DNA of 64,000 nucleotides, taken from positions 70,990,001-71,054,000 of the forward strand of contig NC_042998.1 in the NCBI RefSeq assembly GCF_006345805.1. Direction: 5' to 3'. A program made the translations under genes and the position numbers. The DNA is from Octopus sinensis. Lineage: Eukaryota. The notes under the pieces are model-generated. The model searched no databases and was not told the origin of the DNA. It worked only from the letters and a program-made list of their open reading frames with translations. This document shows positions 26,111-38,497 of this stretch, one piece after another. The first letter of the stretch is position 1. Each line of letters opens with the position of its first letter.

Positions 26111-26190
26111 GACAGTTGATAAATGGTCTTTCTTTCAGCTCGATAAATGAAATAAACTATTATCTCGACCAGGAAAACCTTGGTAGCTGT
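26111..26190 (+). ncRNA. Degenerate type I HHR (U3-A8) at the 3' end of a PLE fragment
   Basis: GACAG / UUGAUAA / A-UGGUC...GACCA-G / GAAA(A) / CCUUGG / UA / GCUGUC, with an internal partial duplication (cagctcgataaatg). Confidence 0.45.
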
Positions 26191-26289
26191 CTTTTCAAGA
26201 TCTGATATTTTTTCTATTATGACATACTTACAAATATCACATATGCTGTTGGCGATTTATTTTCCTTCTTTGGATTTTTCCCTTTTTTC

Positions 26290-26322
26290 TTTCCGATGAA
26301 GAGCTATGCTCGAAACGTCAAA
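26290..26322 (+). ncRNA. Degenerate minimal HHR (GAGC/GCUC family)
   Basis: UUU / CCGAUGA-A / GAGC-UAU-GCUC / GAAAC / GUC / AAA, with a U4C change. Confidence 0.5.
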
Positions 26323-26420
26323 CTCTCTCTTTTCACCGAGCGTCAAGCTATTATATTACTTTGAACGTCCTCTTCTCTGTCAATATTATTCGTTTATTTG
26401 AATTTATTGCTTATTTGAAT

Positions 26421-26489
<69 letters not shown>

Positions 26490-27839
26490 GCTCTCACATG
26501 TATGTACATCTAGACACACACATACTTATGAAACTCTATGACATATATATGTATATGGTGTTGTTTGTTATGTGGATGTTAACGAAACTGTGTTTTCTTG
26601 TTTGTGGTGTGTTGATGCCGAAGTATAGATTTTTTAAGGTGCTTTAATGGTTTCTTTGATTCACATACTTGGGAGTTATTGCACTAATTCATCAAACTAT
26701 TTGCACTGACGTGTTTTAATTTCTACAACTTGTAAACAATTTGAGTTCAAGCAGAGACTGGTCCATAAAAGCATTGTTATATTCCAGCATGTTCCAGCAA
26801 ACATACATGAAAACCTCGATATTAATGAAAAGAATTGAAATTAGTATACTAAATTTACAACGCATTGGACGTCCTAAACTGTGAAGTATATCGTAAGGAT
26901 TCAGAAAACCACGTATTTTTTCAGAGCTTTTGCATCTCGTGTTAGTTCGCACTCTGCATTATGCTTGTGTAGATGGCTGAGTCACATTATAAAAACAGGA
27001 GGCATTATAATTTTCAATGCTGTCAAAAAAAAAAAAGAGCGATAGAAGAAATTACTCTCAGACTAAAAAGTTGTCCCAAATATTTACTATAGAATGAGCT
27101 TTACTAAAGAAATCCAATTGTCATATTGCAATGTTAAGACACCGCAATTTGGACTATTGTGACATTAAGTTTACCATGCAAGTAGACCACAACGGTAGCT
27201 GCGATTCAAACACACAAATCCGAAACGAGCACCGCATCCCACACTCTCTAAAACACTAATGATCTCACCAGTCCTCCGGTTCGTTCTGGTCTTTTATTTA
27301 TTTCTTCACCAGGATAAATAGTAATGTCGCATTCCTGAGATGTGAATTAAAAACCCAAATCTGAACTAAGTAATGCAATGCATTTCAACTAACGCTGTAT
27401 TAAGTCGACAGTTTGCCACTTAATCAATGCATATTATATGGACGCATAAGACTGAATAAGCAGACGATTCTAAAACAGATTCCGTATGGGGTGTATAAAG
27501 CACAAACCATAGCAGTGGCGTGAAGAGTGTGTGGATTATTTCTTGATAGCATTTGAAACAAGGAAAGACAACTGTGAAAGTAATGTATTTGATCGACACA
27601 GACGTAGAAAAGAAGTAAAAGTTGGTGAAAATGTTTTGAGAATTGCGCATTTACCATAGAATAATTAAGAGAACTGAATTTATGAAATATGTGAGATAAA
27701 CTTTGTATGCAATATTTATAGGCGTATATATCGAGTATATTTCTTTCAAAGCTAGACTGGTTAATTACCAATGAAGTCATTAGGTTACGCAAATGGCTGA
27801 CTGCAGTATACTCATAAAATAGCTTTACAACAAACTCAA

Positions 27840-27995
<156 letters not shown>

Positions 27996-29797
27996 ATGTG
28001 TGTGTATGTGTGTTTGTGTACATACATGCATATATATATATGGCCGCGGCCTTCGGGCTAAAACATTTTTAAGGATTTTAAGGATTTATATATATTATAT
28101 ATTATATATTATATATTATACGTGCATATACTCTGATACACATACATATCTGCCAGTCATAGTTGGGCCCCTTGCTACTCAGAGTTTCATTCATGTGTTG
28201 TACAACACAAAGATTCTGGTAATATTCGATGAATAGATATGAGCTGTGTTCGTATTTGCTCATGCAAGTCGAGTTTTATTGGTCGAAGTCTTTCAGGTGA
28301 AGGAACATGAGGTACCGCATTGTGTGACGCATTGGAAAATGTGACCGATTGTAAAAAAAAAGAAGATATATCATTTATGGTTGCAATTCATGTGAATACG
28401 GTCGGTAGCTTCTCCTTGATGGCCGTTGAATCTGTTCTCCGCGATTAGTATCGTTAGAGTGTGAGTTCTGGGGTGTACGGATGTTATCTAAGAGCTTCTG
28501 TTTGTATTTCCGATAATAATATTTTATACCATCTATATAATCTCCGTTTTAATGTGCGGAACGTTTTCAGTTTAGCATAACTTACATCAGGGTACTTTGA
28601 TGTTTTGAATGGTATGACGACAATGTTACAAAATATTACTGAGCACTCTGTTATACACACATACACATACATACATGCACTCTCACATTCACCCACACAC
28701 ACTCACACACATAAACACGCGTGCGAGCACATACACACACGCGTGCGTCCATGCACACACTACAAGATAGAGAAATCAGTGAATACTAATTTCTTCTCCA
28801 AATGTTTCATGAGAGAACGGTCCCGACCCTGAAATATTGATATACCGTGTAAAGCTGTCAACTTGCTTTATAATTGCATTGTTTCGGATTAAAAAGAACA
28901 TGTATATTTTTATATTTTGTGATCATAACTATATTATTACGAATGTGGACACATGTTTATAATATTGTTTCCTTGTCCGATTATCTATAGAAACATTGGA
29001 AAACAGGGACACGTTTAGAAAATTCTGGCGCGCCTCCATAAAATACAAAATCATTTTATGTAGTGTTTCATCATACTTCTCACAACCTGTGTATTCTATG
29101 TACATAACTGCAATTGTACAAGTCAGAAGGTTTTGGGAGAACCTGTCGATTAGATGGACATAGCCATTATTCATCTCTCTCTACACATTTATATTATTGA
29201 TTTATAACCTAGTCTCAATATCAAATATTTTGAAGGAGGCTCAGCGTCAAATTAATGTATCCCAGAATTTAAAGAGGGAAAGTCAAAGTTGAACCTGACT
29301 GTGTTAAACCAGTCTAAAGAGCTACAATCAATAACGTAATAACTTTTGACATCAAACAATAGTTCAGTCGAGTAATGAAAAATAGCAGATAAGTATTGAG
29401 GGTCAGGGAACAGTTTTAGAAGGCTGTTATCAATGTTGTACGCTAATGTCCAATCACAAGAACGACTAATACGCACCCTTGTTGTGTAAAACCATTATTA
29501 TTGCAGTAGCATTATTCCGCAATATTTTGATTATGTTTTTAACACCTAACATCTAACATGGAAGGCAGTAATAAATACTAAAATACTGATGGTGTATTTG
29601 TAACCATGGCGAACAACCATAAAAGCATGTCTTTTTATGGTTAATACTTCATGAACTGAATGTTCCCCACGCAAAATTAAAGCAAAAATTCCCTTAGCCT
29701 GCACGCACTTACCCGGCCAAAATGGAAAAAGCAGATGAAAGCATATTTGTCATACATCAATAAGCCGCTTTGAAAGGAATATTTATAATCTCTGTAG

Positions 29798-29961
29798 TCT
29801 ATAAATATTGCTTGCGTGATATATTTTCCGAGGCAATAAACTTCATTCTGTCAATACCAAACATTATCAAGCGTCTTATATACTTGGCGACAAAAAATTG
29901 TAGCAATATTCCTCTATCTGCGTGCCTGCACCTTTTCAAATCCCTAAGAAAGAGCTCAATG
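29798..29961 (+). CDS. Candidate exon of the unidentified host gene (YKYCLRDIFSEAINFILSIPNIIKRLIYLATKN...KSSM)
   Basis: tctctgtAG acceptor, weak GTgttc donor, open frame, phase 1 to 0, compatible with exon 31176; the opposite strand is also largely open. Confidence 0.3.
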
Positions 29962-31175
29962 GTGTTCATATGAACTTCTCATCTTTTAGAAAAATAACCT
30001 AAGTAGGAGCTTATACGAGTTACCGAACAGAAAAACAACGAGGCAAAGCAAACTAGACCTGACAACAGATTTCGTGACAAAATGACAAATGTGTGTTAAA
30101 AACTACTTAAAAATACTGAATAACTGGAATGCTTTCATGTTTTGTATAAAACCCAGGTGAGCATAAAATGTGTGCTTTAAGTCTAAATCTCTGTGAGTAA
30201 ATTGCTAGTTAAGTTATATATCTATAGTGAAGAAAAATTCCCTACATTATGTAAAAATATAAACGGTAGAATGGAAGCCTCGCGAGAAAACGAATACATA
30301 CAATGTAAACTTTAAAATATACTCCAGAGTCGATGAAACGGTTTATAATTACAGCGGCTTCAAGAAAAATAGTAATGTTTTCGACATCACAGGAACAACT
30401 GCTGATGAAATTATAATGTATATCTATATCAAACAACGACTTGAACAGTTTAGAAACAGTTGTGTTACATTATTTTAGCATCTAACCGTATTTGTAAAGT
30501 GTGGTGACATATTAAACAACAGAACCAATTATAGTTTCTTCGGTAAAATATATTAACTCCTTTCGCTGTTGAAAAAAGTAAAAGTATTTTATTTACTTCT
30601 TTTGCACGAATTTAATTCTTTGCTGGAACAGAAACACTAATACATATTTATAAGCAACTCGTTTAAAGTAATTTTTTTTAGAGGAGCGCCAAAAACAAAA
30701 ATTTGTATGTATTTTCTAATTATGTATTTTTAAAGGAAAGTAGATAAAAACATTAATACTTTGAGACATAATTACAGGCAACGGAGTGTTCTTCACAAAC
30801 AGGAATTAAATATTTTCGGCGAAAAACTAAACATATAAATGAACTGGCTGGACTTTAATCCTAATACGACTCGTTAGTTGAAGAATAATTCATGAGAAGT
30901 ATCTATGAAACTTCGATGTTAGTGAGGCTATGCTCGCCATTTTACACAAGCATACTAATAATATAAGAATAAGAAGTAAATGAATGAACCGCTATGCTGC
31001 ATTTAAATGTTCAAACCTGTTGTGTGTGGTGGGGAATTGATGAACAAGCGAAATATATTAAGGTGCTATTGAGATCGATTTCAAATTTTTCAATGTCCTT
31101 CATCCGATCGTTGTATTGCTTATTGTGCACACTCCATTTATTTCAATCTATTTTTGATTACAATTCTTTTTTCAG

Positions 31176-31232
31176 ACAGAAGTAGATATATCACGATATC
31201 CACTTAATATCGTTTACTTTCTTCCCGATCAG
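31176..31232 (+). CDS. Exon of an unidentified protein-coding gene (TEVDISRYPLNIVYFLPDQ)
   Basis: ttcttttttcAG acceptor, CAG|GTgtgt donor, 57 nt, phase 0-0, joins in frame to the next two exons. Confidence 0.6.
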
Positions 31233-31361
31233 GTGTGTAATATACATCTTTCTCGACGGTGTCTGTATATTCTTCAAGAAATATGACATCTTCAACTGCT
31301 TACTTGATGATGAATCAAATGCATTAAGCAATTATGGATAAGTTATTTTCTCCTCCAATAG

Positions 31362-31445
31362 ATGTTGATGATGATGAACATCTATACTTCTCATCCACGC
31401 AGGATTAGCACACCATCCGTTTCATGGTTATCATCATATTTTGTA
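31362..31445 (+). CDS. Exon of an unidentified protein-coding gene (MLMMMNIYTSHPRRISTPSVSWLSSYFV)
   Basis: ttattttctcctccaatAG acceptor, GTaaga donor, 84 nt, phase 0-0; 129-nt upstream intron. Confidence 0.6.
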
Positions 31446-31611
31446 GTAAGAACCTACCCTATTACGAATCTTATTCATATTGTAATGTATTTCTCTTCAA
31501 ATGGTTTTATGTATACATATTATACACTGAATGTTGAGAAATTATTCTCTGCTGAAAAGTGGCTGTGTCACCTGTCTTTTTTTGGAGGCTGTTACTTTAT
31601 ATTTTTTGCAG

Positions 31612-31726
31612 GAAGATCAATGGGAAAATTCGTTTCTCCTTACAGTCTTTTGCGATATGCACAATTTTCATGAAGACATTAATTTTGTAGCACGGGAGAT
31701 TCTTGTATATCATTTAGGAACAATAG
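31612..31726 (+). CDS. Exon of an unidentified protein-coding gene (EDQWENSFLLTVFCDMHNFHEDINFVAREILVYHLGTI)
   Basis: tttatattttttgcAG acceptor, AG|GTtaat donor, 115 nt, only frame 0 is open, phase 0 to 1; 166-nt upstream intron. Confidence 0.65.
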
Positions 31727-32471
31727 GTTAATGTAATACATGTTCTCAAAATGATTTCTATATAACGAAGAAAGAAGACAAAATAAAAAACATTACTTTA
31801 TTTTACTGGAAAGAGATGTCAGAGACCAAAAATATTATTTCCATTATTTGTCCAGCTGCCTAATTCCATTTCATCTTAACATCCTTTTGCATTATGTATT
31901 ATAAACGTCTTGTCTCTTTTGTTTGATTCCTTTCTCTCTTGTTTTTTTTTTATATAATTAAAGTTTAATTATCTGTTAGCTATTATGCTACTTTCAATCT
32001 TTCATTTGTTTCTCTTAGCACTTAACATCATTTTCCTCTCATTACTCTCTCCTATGAATTTCTTTTCTTTTATTTCTTTGTATTTTTAACTCTCCAATAA
32101 CCTACCACTCACTTCCTCTTCTTTCTCAATACTTCTACTCTGTCTGTTTTGTTTCTTCTGAATTCTTTCTGACTCTCTCGTTTGTTACCTCTTGTTCTTT
32201 CTCCATTTCTCTCAACTTCTATATTTTCTTCTTCGTTGCAAAATATTCATAAATTGTACACATTCATCTTTGAATTATCATCAACGTTATTAACGGAGAA
32301 TAAGTTAATAATTTGAAGTAGTTATGATTAAGCTCTTGATATCACTGCGTCGTGCCGTGGGATTTATAGGGACAGTTACCCAGTCTCCATGACATATACG
32401 TGACTAAGACCACAAGATCTCCCCTGAATGGGAGGCAACTCAATGGCAGAGTTACCCTCTACACACACACT

Positions 32472-32608
32472 CCTAGATCCAAAGCATCTTCTTTGGAATT
32501 TCAACATCAACAACAGGGTATGTATGTATGTATGTATGTATGTTGTATGTATGTATGTATGTATGTATGTATGTATGTATGTATGTATTTATGTATGTAT
32601 TTATGTAT
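32472..32608 (+). mobile_element. 3' end of a short (TATG)n-tailed repeat family
   Basis: gaatttcaacatcaacaacaggg+(TATG)n, also at 34338-34490 (+) and 40658-40830 (-). Confidence 0.7.
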
Positions 32609-32726
32609 GTGGCGGTGTGGTAAGTAGCTTGCTTACCAACCACATGGTTCTGGGTTCAGTCCTATTGCGTGGCACCTTGGGGAGGTGTCTTCTCCTATAA
32701 CCTCGGACCGACCAAAGCCTTGTGAA
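32608..32726 (+). mobile_element. tRNA-derived SINE (family A), 5' part
   Basis: gtggcggtgtggtaagtagcttgcttaccaaccacatggttctgggttcag...ccgaccaaagccttgtga. Confidence 0.85.
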
Positions 32727-32734
32727 CTGGAGCA

Positions 32735-32855
32735 TTCGTAAATTAGGTGTTTTGCTTAAGAGCATCGCTAAATTAGAAGTTTTACACTGCCCGGTCCGCG
32801 AATCAAAACCACCATCATATTATTGTGAGCGCAACACTCTAACCACTAAGAACAC
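32735..32855 (-). mobile_element. tRNA-derived SINE head fragment
   Basis: Reverse complement tagtggttagagtgttgcgctcacaat...ttttgattcgcggaccggg resembles the family D head. Confidence 0.55.
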
Positions 32856-33154
32856 AAGATACTATTCTAGAATAAAATGGCAAAGACCTGCTTAACATCT
32901 TCTTTGGAACCAAATCTTTGATTGCGAACATAGCTTTTTGTGGATGTGCACGATCCAAAACAATATAACAGAGGAAAATATTTCAACTTCCACTTTTCAA
33001 GCTTGATTGTATAATAGCTATAAGTATCATCTATCTATCTATCTATCTGTACACACACAAACACACACACATATATATGTATGTATGTATGAATATATAT
33101 ATATATATATGTATATATTTATGCTTGTATATATATATGTATACACATTTATGC

Positions 33155-33206
<52 letters not shown>

Positions 33207-33589
33207 ATACATATACATATGCACATCGAAACTGTCTTTTTGTTTCTCCTATTGCTTAACGAAAATAAGAAACGCTACCTGATCATTAATCGGAAGTCTT
33301 ATGATTAATTAAGGTATTTTCTTAGAGTAACTCGCCGTAGTGTACATACAAAGTGTTCTGGCTAAATTTGAAAGTTTTTGTTTCCTTTCTTTTAAGAAAA
33401 ATTTTCATACTTTCTTTTAACACTGAATAGCATTGTAGATTAAATTTGTACTGGAGAAAAGGCCGGATGACATGGAGGATTGGAGGCCCCCTGAGATTTG
33501 GAAAAATCGTTACTTGCATCATGATGTCAGGTATCAAAATAAAGAAATCATGACTATAACACTGTAAAGACCGTAAGACGTGACACGAT

Positions 33590-33747
33590 GAGATGCAACA
33601 CAGACTACAAAACATGCCCAATTAGAAGGGATATATCACACGTCCTACCTGTGCTCGTACTCACCGTAACACGGAGAGATGCAACACAGACTGCAAAACA
33701 TGCCCAATTAGAAGGGACATATCAGACGTCCTAACTGTGCTCGTACT
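33590..33747 (+). repeat. 72-bp direct duplication (33590-33661, 33676-33747), probably a transposase C-terminus fragment
   Basis: The two units differ at about 4 positions; the sequence resembles a degenerate RLQ.C...EG.HI.DV mariner-type C-terminus. Confidence 0.7.
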
Positions 33748-33779
33748 GACTGTGTTTGAATTCATTCAATAACTCATGA

Positions 33780-34278
33780 ATAGGGTTTGAAGCTCATTTC
33801 AGACGGCTGAGTGAAGCTGCTAGAAACTGAGGTCAAACGTTGGTGGTACCGGTTGCTGGTGGAAGGCCATATATTCGGTAGCAGGATTCGGTCCCTGGCC
33901 ATACCTCCGAAAAAATTCAGAAATAGCTGATAAGTTCTAAATCACCAGCCTCCAAAGTCCTCCGCTTCTGATGATGATCCCATGGACTACTATGGGTGAG
34001 GTGCAGGTGAGAAAAACAACTGCTTTGCTTTCGGAAGCAAGGCCGAGCTATTGGCCAAGGTCGATGAAGTATTCAAGGACCTTCCCAAGAACACTCTGAG
34101 GGTTGCATGTACCAGATTCCGAAGCCGTGTGGAAGCCGTGGTGTGAGTTGAGGGCGGCTATTTTGATTAAACTGTTATCTTCCAGGCATAATCTAGATGG
34201 TTAAAATATTATTATTATTAGATAGGATACCGTCGTTTTTACTTGTGTGAAAATAGTCTCATTTAACCTGAACACCCT
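33780..34278 (+). mobile_element. Tc1/mariner (maT/DD37D-like) 3' remnant
   Basis: RPYIR*QDSVPGHTSEKIQK, degenerate PPxSPD..PMDYY, DLPKNTLRVACTRFRSRVEAVV*VEGGYFD*, terminal gaacacccta; related to 7039-7730. Confidence 0.8.
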
Positions 34279-34337
34279 ATGTATATATGTGTGTCACTGG
34301 TCAGTTTTGTCAGAAGATTTCTTTCCAATAGCAAACG

Positions 34338-34490
34338 TGCCTGTTTCTAATCTAGATCTAAGGCATCTTTATTAGAATTTCAACATAAACAACAGGGAAT
34401 TTTTGTATGCATGTATGTAGTATGCATGTATGTATGTATGTATGTATGTATGTATGTATGTATGTATGTATGTATTTATTTATTTATGCA
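34338..34490 (+). mobile_element. 3' end of the (TATG)n-tailed repeat family
   Basis: tttctaatctagatctaaggcatctttattagaatttcaacataaacaacaggg+(TATG)n. Confidence 0.7.
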
Positions 34491-34646
34491 TGTGGCTGCG
34501 TGGTAAGTAGCTTGCTTACCAACCACAGGATTCAGGGTTCAGTCCCACTGCGTGGCACCTTCGGCAAGTGTCTTCTATATAGCCTCGGGTCGTCCAAAGC
34601 CTTCTGAGTGAATCTGGTAGAGGGAAACTGAAAGAAGCCCGTCATA

Positions 34647-34677
<31 letters not shown>

Positions 34678-34918
34678 TTTGTGTGTGTGTGTGTGTTTGT
34701 GTATATGTGTGTGTGTATGTTTGTGTATCTGTGTCTGTCTCCCCAACATCACTTGACAGCCGATGCTGGTGTGCTTGCGTCCCCGTAACTTGGTGGTTCG
34801 GCAAATGAGACCGATGGGATAAGTGCTAGGCTTGCAAAGAATACGTCATGGTGTTAGTTTGCTCGACTAAGGGCGGTGCTCCACGGCTGCAGTCAAATGA
34901 CTGAAATAAGTAAAAGGT
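34491..34918 (+). mobile_element. tRNA-derived SINE (family A), near full length
   Basis: Head, internal TA/TG microsatellite, body and ggcggtgctcc...cagtcaaatgactgaaa tail. Confidence 0.9.
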
Positions 34919-35146
34919 ATTAGAGTATGTATGTATAATATATATATATATAATATATATTATATATATATATATACATATCTGAACTTATGTGTGTGTG
35001 TATGTGCAATACCTTTACCTAGTGGAAAGGCTATTGCACTCAAGATCGGTAGATCATGTGTTTGCCTCCAAGTTCATTATGACCAGCGATGTATAACAAC
35101 ATCCGATATGCTGGTTGATACCATGATACCGTGATATATATATATA

Positions 35147-35213
<67 letters not shown>

Positions 35214-36056
35214 ATCACTCAAAAATATCACCCCTGTACCTGACTTTTATTGGAAGGAAACCATTTCTTGGCTTTTGTTTACGTGAAATATGTTATGAGA
35301 AAATATAAGCTGAAAAATATAACGTCAAAATAAAGCATGGTCTATGTCTCAACAACTATTTGAGAATCTCATCACTTGCAGCGTTTAAAGGAAGATTAAA
35401 AGCTTTTGCAAATTTATTGGAATGCAAGGCTATTTTATTATCATCTTTTCTCTGTGTTGTCTAGCCAAAAGATCACTTCTACATACACGAGTAATGAATG
35501 ATTCTCCAGTCATAGCCGTGAGATACAGAATTGTTTCCTCGTGGTCGTGGCCGTGGTTGTCATCATCGTCGTCGTCGTCCTCCTCTTCATCATCATCATC
35601 ATCGTCACTGCCCTAACCACAGCCACTGCCACCTCGGCCAGCATAGCCAGGAACAACAGCCTTATGTCATCAACGACTGCCGTCGATATCACAAATGGAA
35701 GGTAAAAAAGGTCGACTTGTTCACTGTTCAATAGAAATTCTCAACATCAATGTAAAGATTAATAGATTCTCCATTATTCATCTCTGATAAATGCTCAATG
35801 CCAATGGTTTATATCTCCATTTCTGCCATCAATTGTGTTTGTCTCATCAATACCACTGTGTTATATGGACAGAAAGGGTTTGCGAACAAAAATCAATAAC
35901 AAGACCTGACGTAAGTTTCTATCTTATCTTCAATAATTCTCATTCGTTTTATCTGCTTTTCTCCCATTAATATACTTGTCAATCATATTTACTACATTCT
36001 CTACTTTGAAATGCATTTGTTATTCCTATAACTTATTCAGTCTCTCTATTCATAAA

Positions 36057-36186
36057 CTTATATATATATATCTATATATATATATATCTTAGTATCATAT
36101 ATATATATATATCTATATATATATATCTATATATATATATATATATATATAGATATATATATATATTATATGTTATATATATATAG

Positions 36187-36219
<33 letters not shown>

Positions 36220-36748
36220 CTATATATATTGTATATATATATATATATATATGTTATATATATATATATGTATATATATATGTATATGTATATATATATA
36301 TATCGTAATATATATATATATATTATATATGAATATATGGTATATATATATATGAATTATATGTATATATATATATATATATATAGTATATAGTATATAT
36401 AATATATATATAGGTAGAGATAATATATAATATATATATATTATATGTATATATATAGATATGTATATATTATATATATTATATATAGTATATATAATGT
36501 ATATATAATATATATGTATATATAATATAGTATATATATATTGTATATATATATATGTATATATATATATGTATATATATATATGTATATATATATATAT
36601 GCATGTATGTAATATGTATTTATGTGCATATACATACGTACATACATACATACACATAGACATACGCATAATACATACATGTGCATTAGTAAACGCGCAA
36701 GTACACAACTATATATATATGTATGTATGCATACATTATGTATGTATA

Positions 36749-36786
<38 letters not shown>

Positions 36787-36800
36787 CATAATACACGCAC

Positions 36801-36857
<57 letters not shown>

Positions 36858-36860
36858 GTC
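36057..36860. repeat. Long compound (TA)n/(TACA)n microsatellite
   Basis: About 800 bp of interrupted TA repeats. Confidence 0.95.
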
Positions 36861-37150
36861 GTACATACATACGTGTATATGTATGAATGTACTTATTTAT
36901 GTATGTACATATTCATGAAAGGAAAACAGTGCTACGTAAAGAAAAGTTTGTATATTCCTGTATTTTTAAAGTTGATAACTTGAGCTGGGAGTTACTGAAG
37001 CTTTTACTTAATAGTATATAAAATGTAACTTCGCGCATACTCACATGAATATGCGTTCGTGTGTACGTGTGAAATTACATCATATATAGCGTATATGCGA
37101 AATTACTAACCGCTGCTTCTCTTAAATATGGCATTGCTGTTGTTTTGTAG

Positions 37151-37225
37151 CGTTCCTGAGGACAGAAGAAGCACTGATATAAAGACTTATGCGACTGATA
37201 CTGTTATCGTTCAGTTTGAATATCT
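37151..37225 (+). CDS. Exon of an unidentified protein-coding gene (VPEDRRSTDIKTYATDTVIVQFEY)
   Basis: Perfect TACTAAC branch site at 37104-37110, ttgttttgtAG acceptor, GTAAGT donor, 75 nt symmetric phase 2-2, only one open frame. Confidence 0.6.
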
Positions 37226-37584
37226 GTAAGTTGATATGTGTATGGAAAAAATATTTGCCAAAAGTATGCGAGAAAGTTGATGTCATGGGGAGAAATGTAT
37301 TGAGAAAAGTTGTTAGTGCTGGATCAAGGTGAAGGGACGTGGAACCAGTGCAAATAATGAACAGAAGAATGAAACAGGTGGGTCAATGAAATTCATCATA
37401 GAACCAATGAGAAACATGCAATTTTAGTAAAAGTACTAGTAACAAGTGCCAACGTGTCTACGTATCTTTATATATTTATAAGTGTGTGGTCTCCCTTAAC
37501 TAATACGACCAAAAATATATATATATAAATATATTATATATATATATATATATATATGTCTATGTATATATATATAATATATAT

Positions 37585-37615
<31 letters not shown>

Positions 37616-37962
37616 ATCCACTAAAGTGACGCCCTTACGCTAACCACTAAACATTGTTCTCAAGAAAAATTTAGCTCACTATGAACGTAAGCGAGCAGGA
37701 CAAATGAAAAATAACAAAAATATAGATTAACCCCATATAATTGTTTCACTGTTAATAAATTATTCAATTTTCACTTACACAATTAATTTGCGGATCATCA
37801 GTGGAGTCCGTCAAAAATATAATTTATCGAACTGCATGCCATATCTTAACACGAGGTCAAAAATACGAGCAGTACGGTCTATTATATTCATAGTTTAATA
37901 TATATTACATATATATGCATATAAATATATGTATATATATGTATATATATACCTATATATAC

Positions 37963-38031
<69 letters not shown>

Positions 38032-38409
38032 GTTTGATTGTTTGTGTTGTGGTGGGTGTGTGTCTCTGTATGTATGTACGTATCGTACTTGAATCTGCCT
38101 AGTGTCCAAATGGAAAGAGGTGACAAAGAAATATCTTAAGGTAGAAATCAAGTCAGAGTTTAACCAGAATCCCAGAGTTCTCTCGATTTCTCTCAATTTA
38201 CTTTTTTCTAGCAGAGCTTATCTATCTTCAGGTATTGATAAGATTAATATAATTTTGCTATTTTTGCTTCAAAATTTTCGCTTCCGCAGTTTATTAGATC
38301 AACACTGGTAAATTTGCGCATAATTCTATTGCTCCTAACAATTGTTTTTTTTTCCGTCAATTTGCCCATGCATATCTGATTGTTAAACGAATTTTTTACG
38401 ATATCGCAG

Positions 38410-38497
38410 AGCATAGAATATCCACTAGCTCAAAATCTTAGAATCTTGCATTCGAAAATTTGGTGTAAAATGTGTCTAAGACTATCGGACGTCAAGC
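38410..38497 (+). CDS. Candidate exon (SIEYPLAQNLRILHSKIWCKMCLRLSDVK)
   Basis: cgcAG acceptor, GTAAGA donor, open frame; phase linkage to exon 37151 is unresolved. Confidence 0.3.

Noticed and set aside
26716-26952. Region open on both strands as a host exon
   Set aside because: Acceptor and donor choices are ambiguous and there is no recognisable motif; insufficient support.
29252-29490. Minus-strand 74-aa ORF or + strand exons
   Set aside because: Splice signals are weak, + strand in-frame stops surround the segment, and part of it resembles a degenerate LINE RT; not resolvable.
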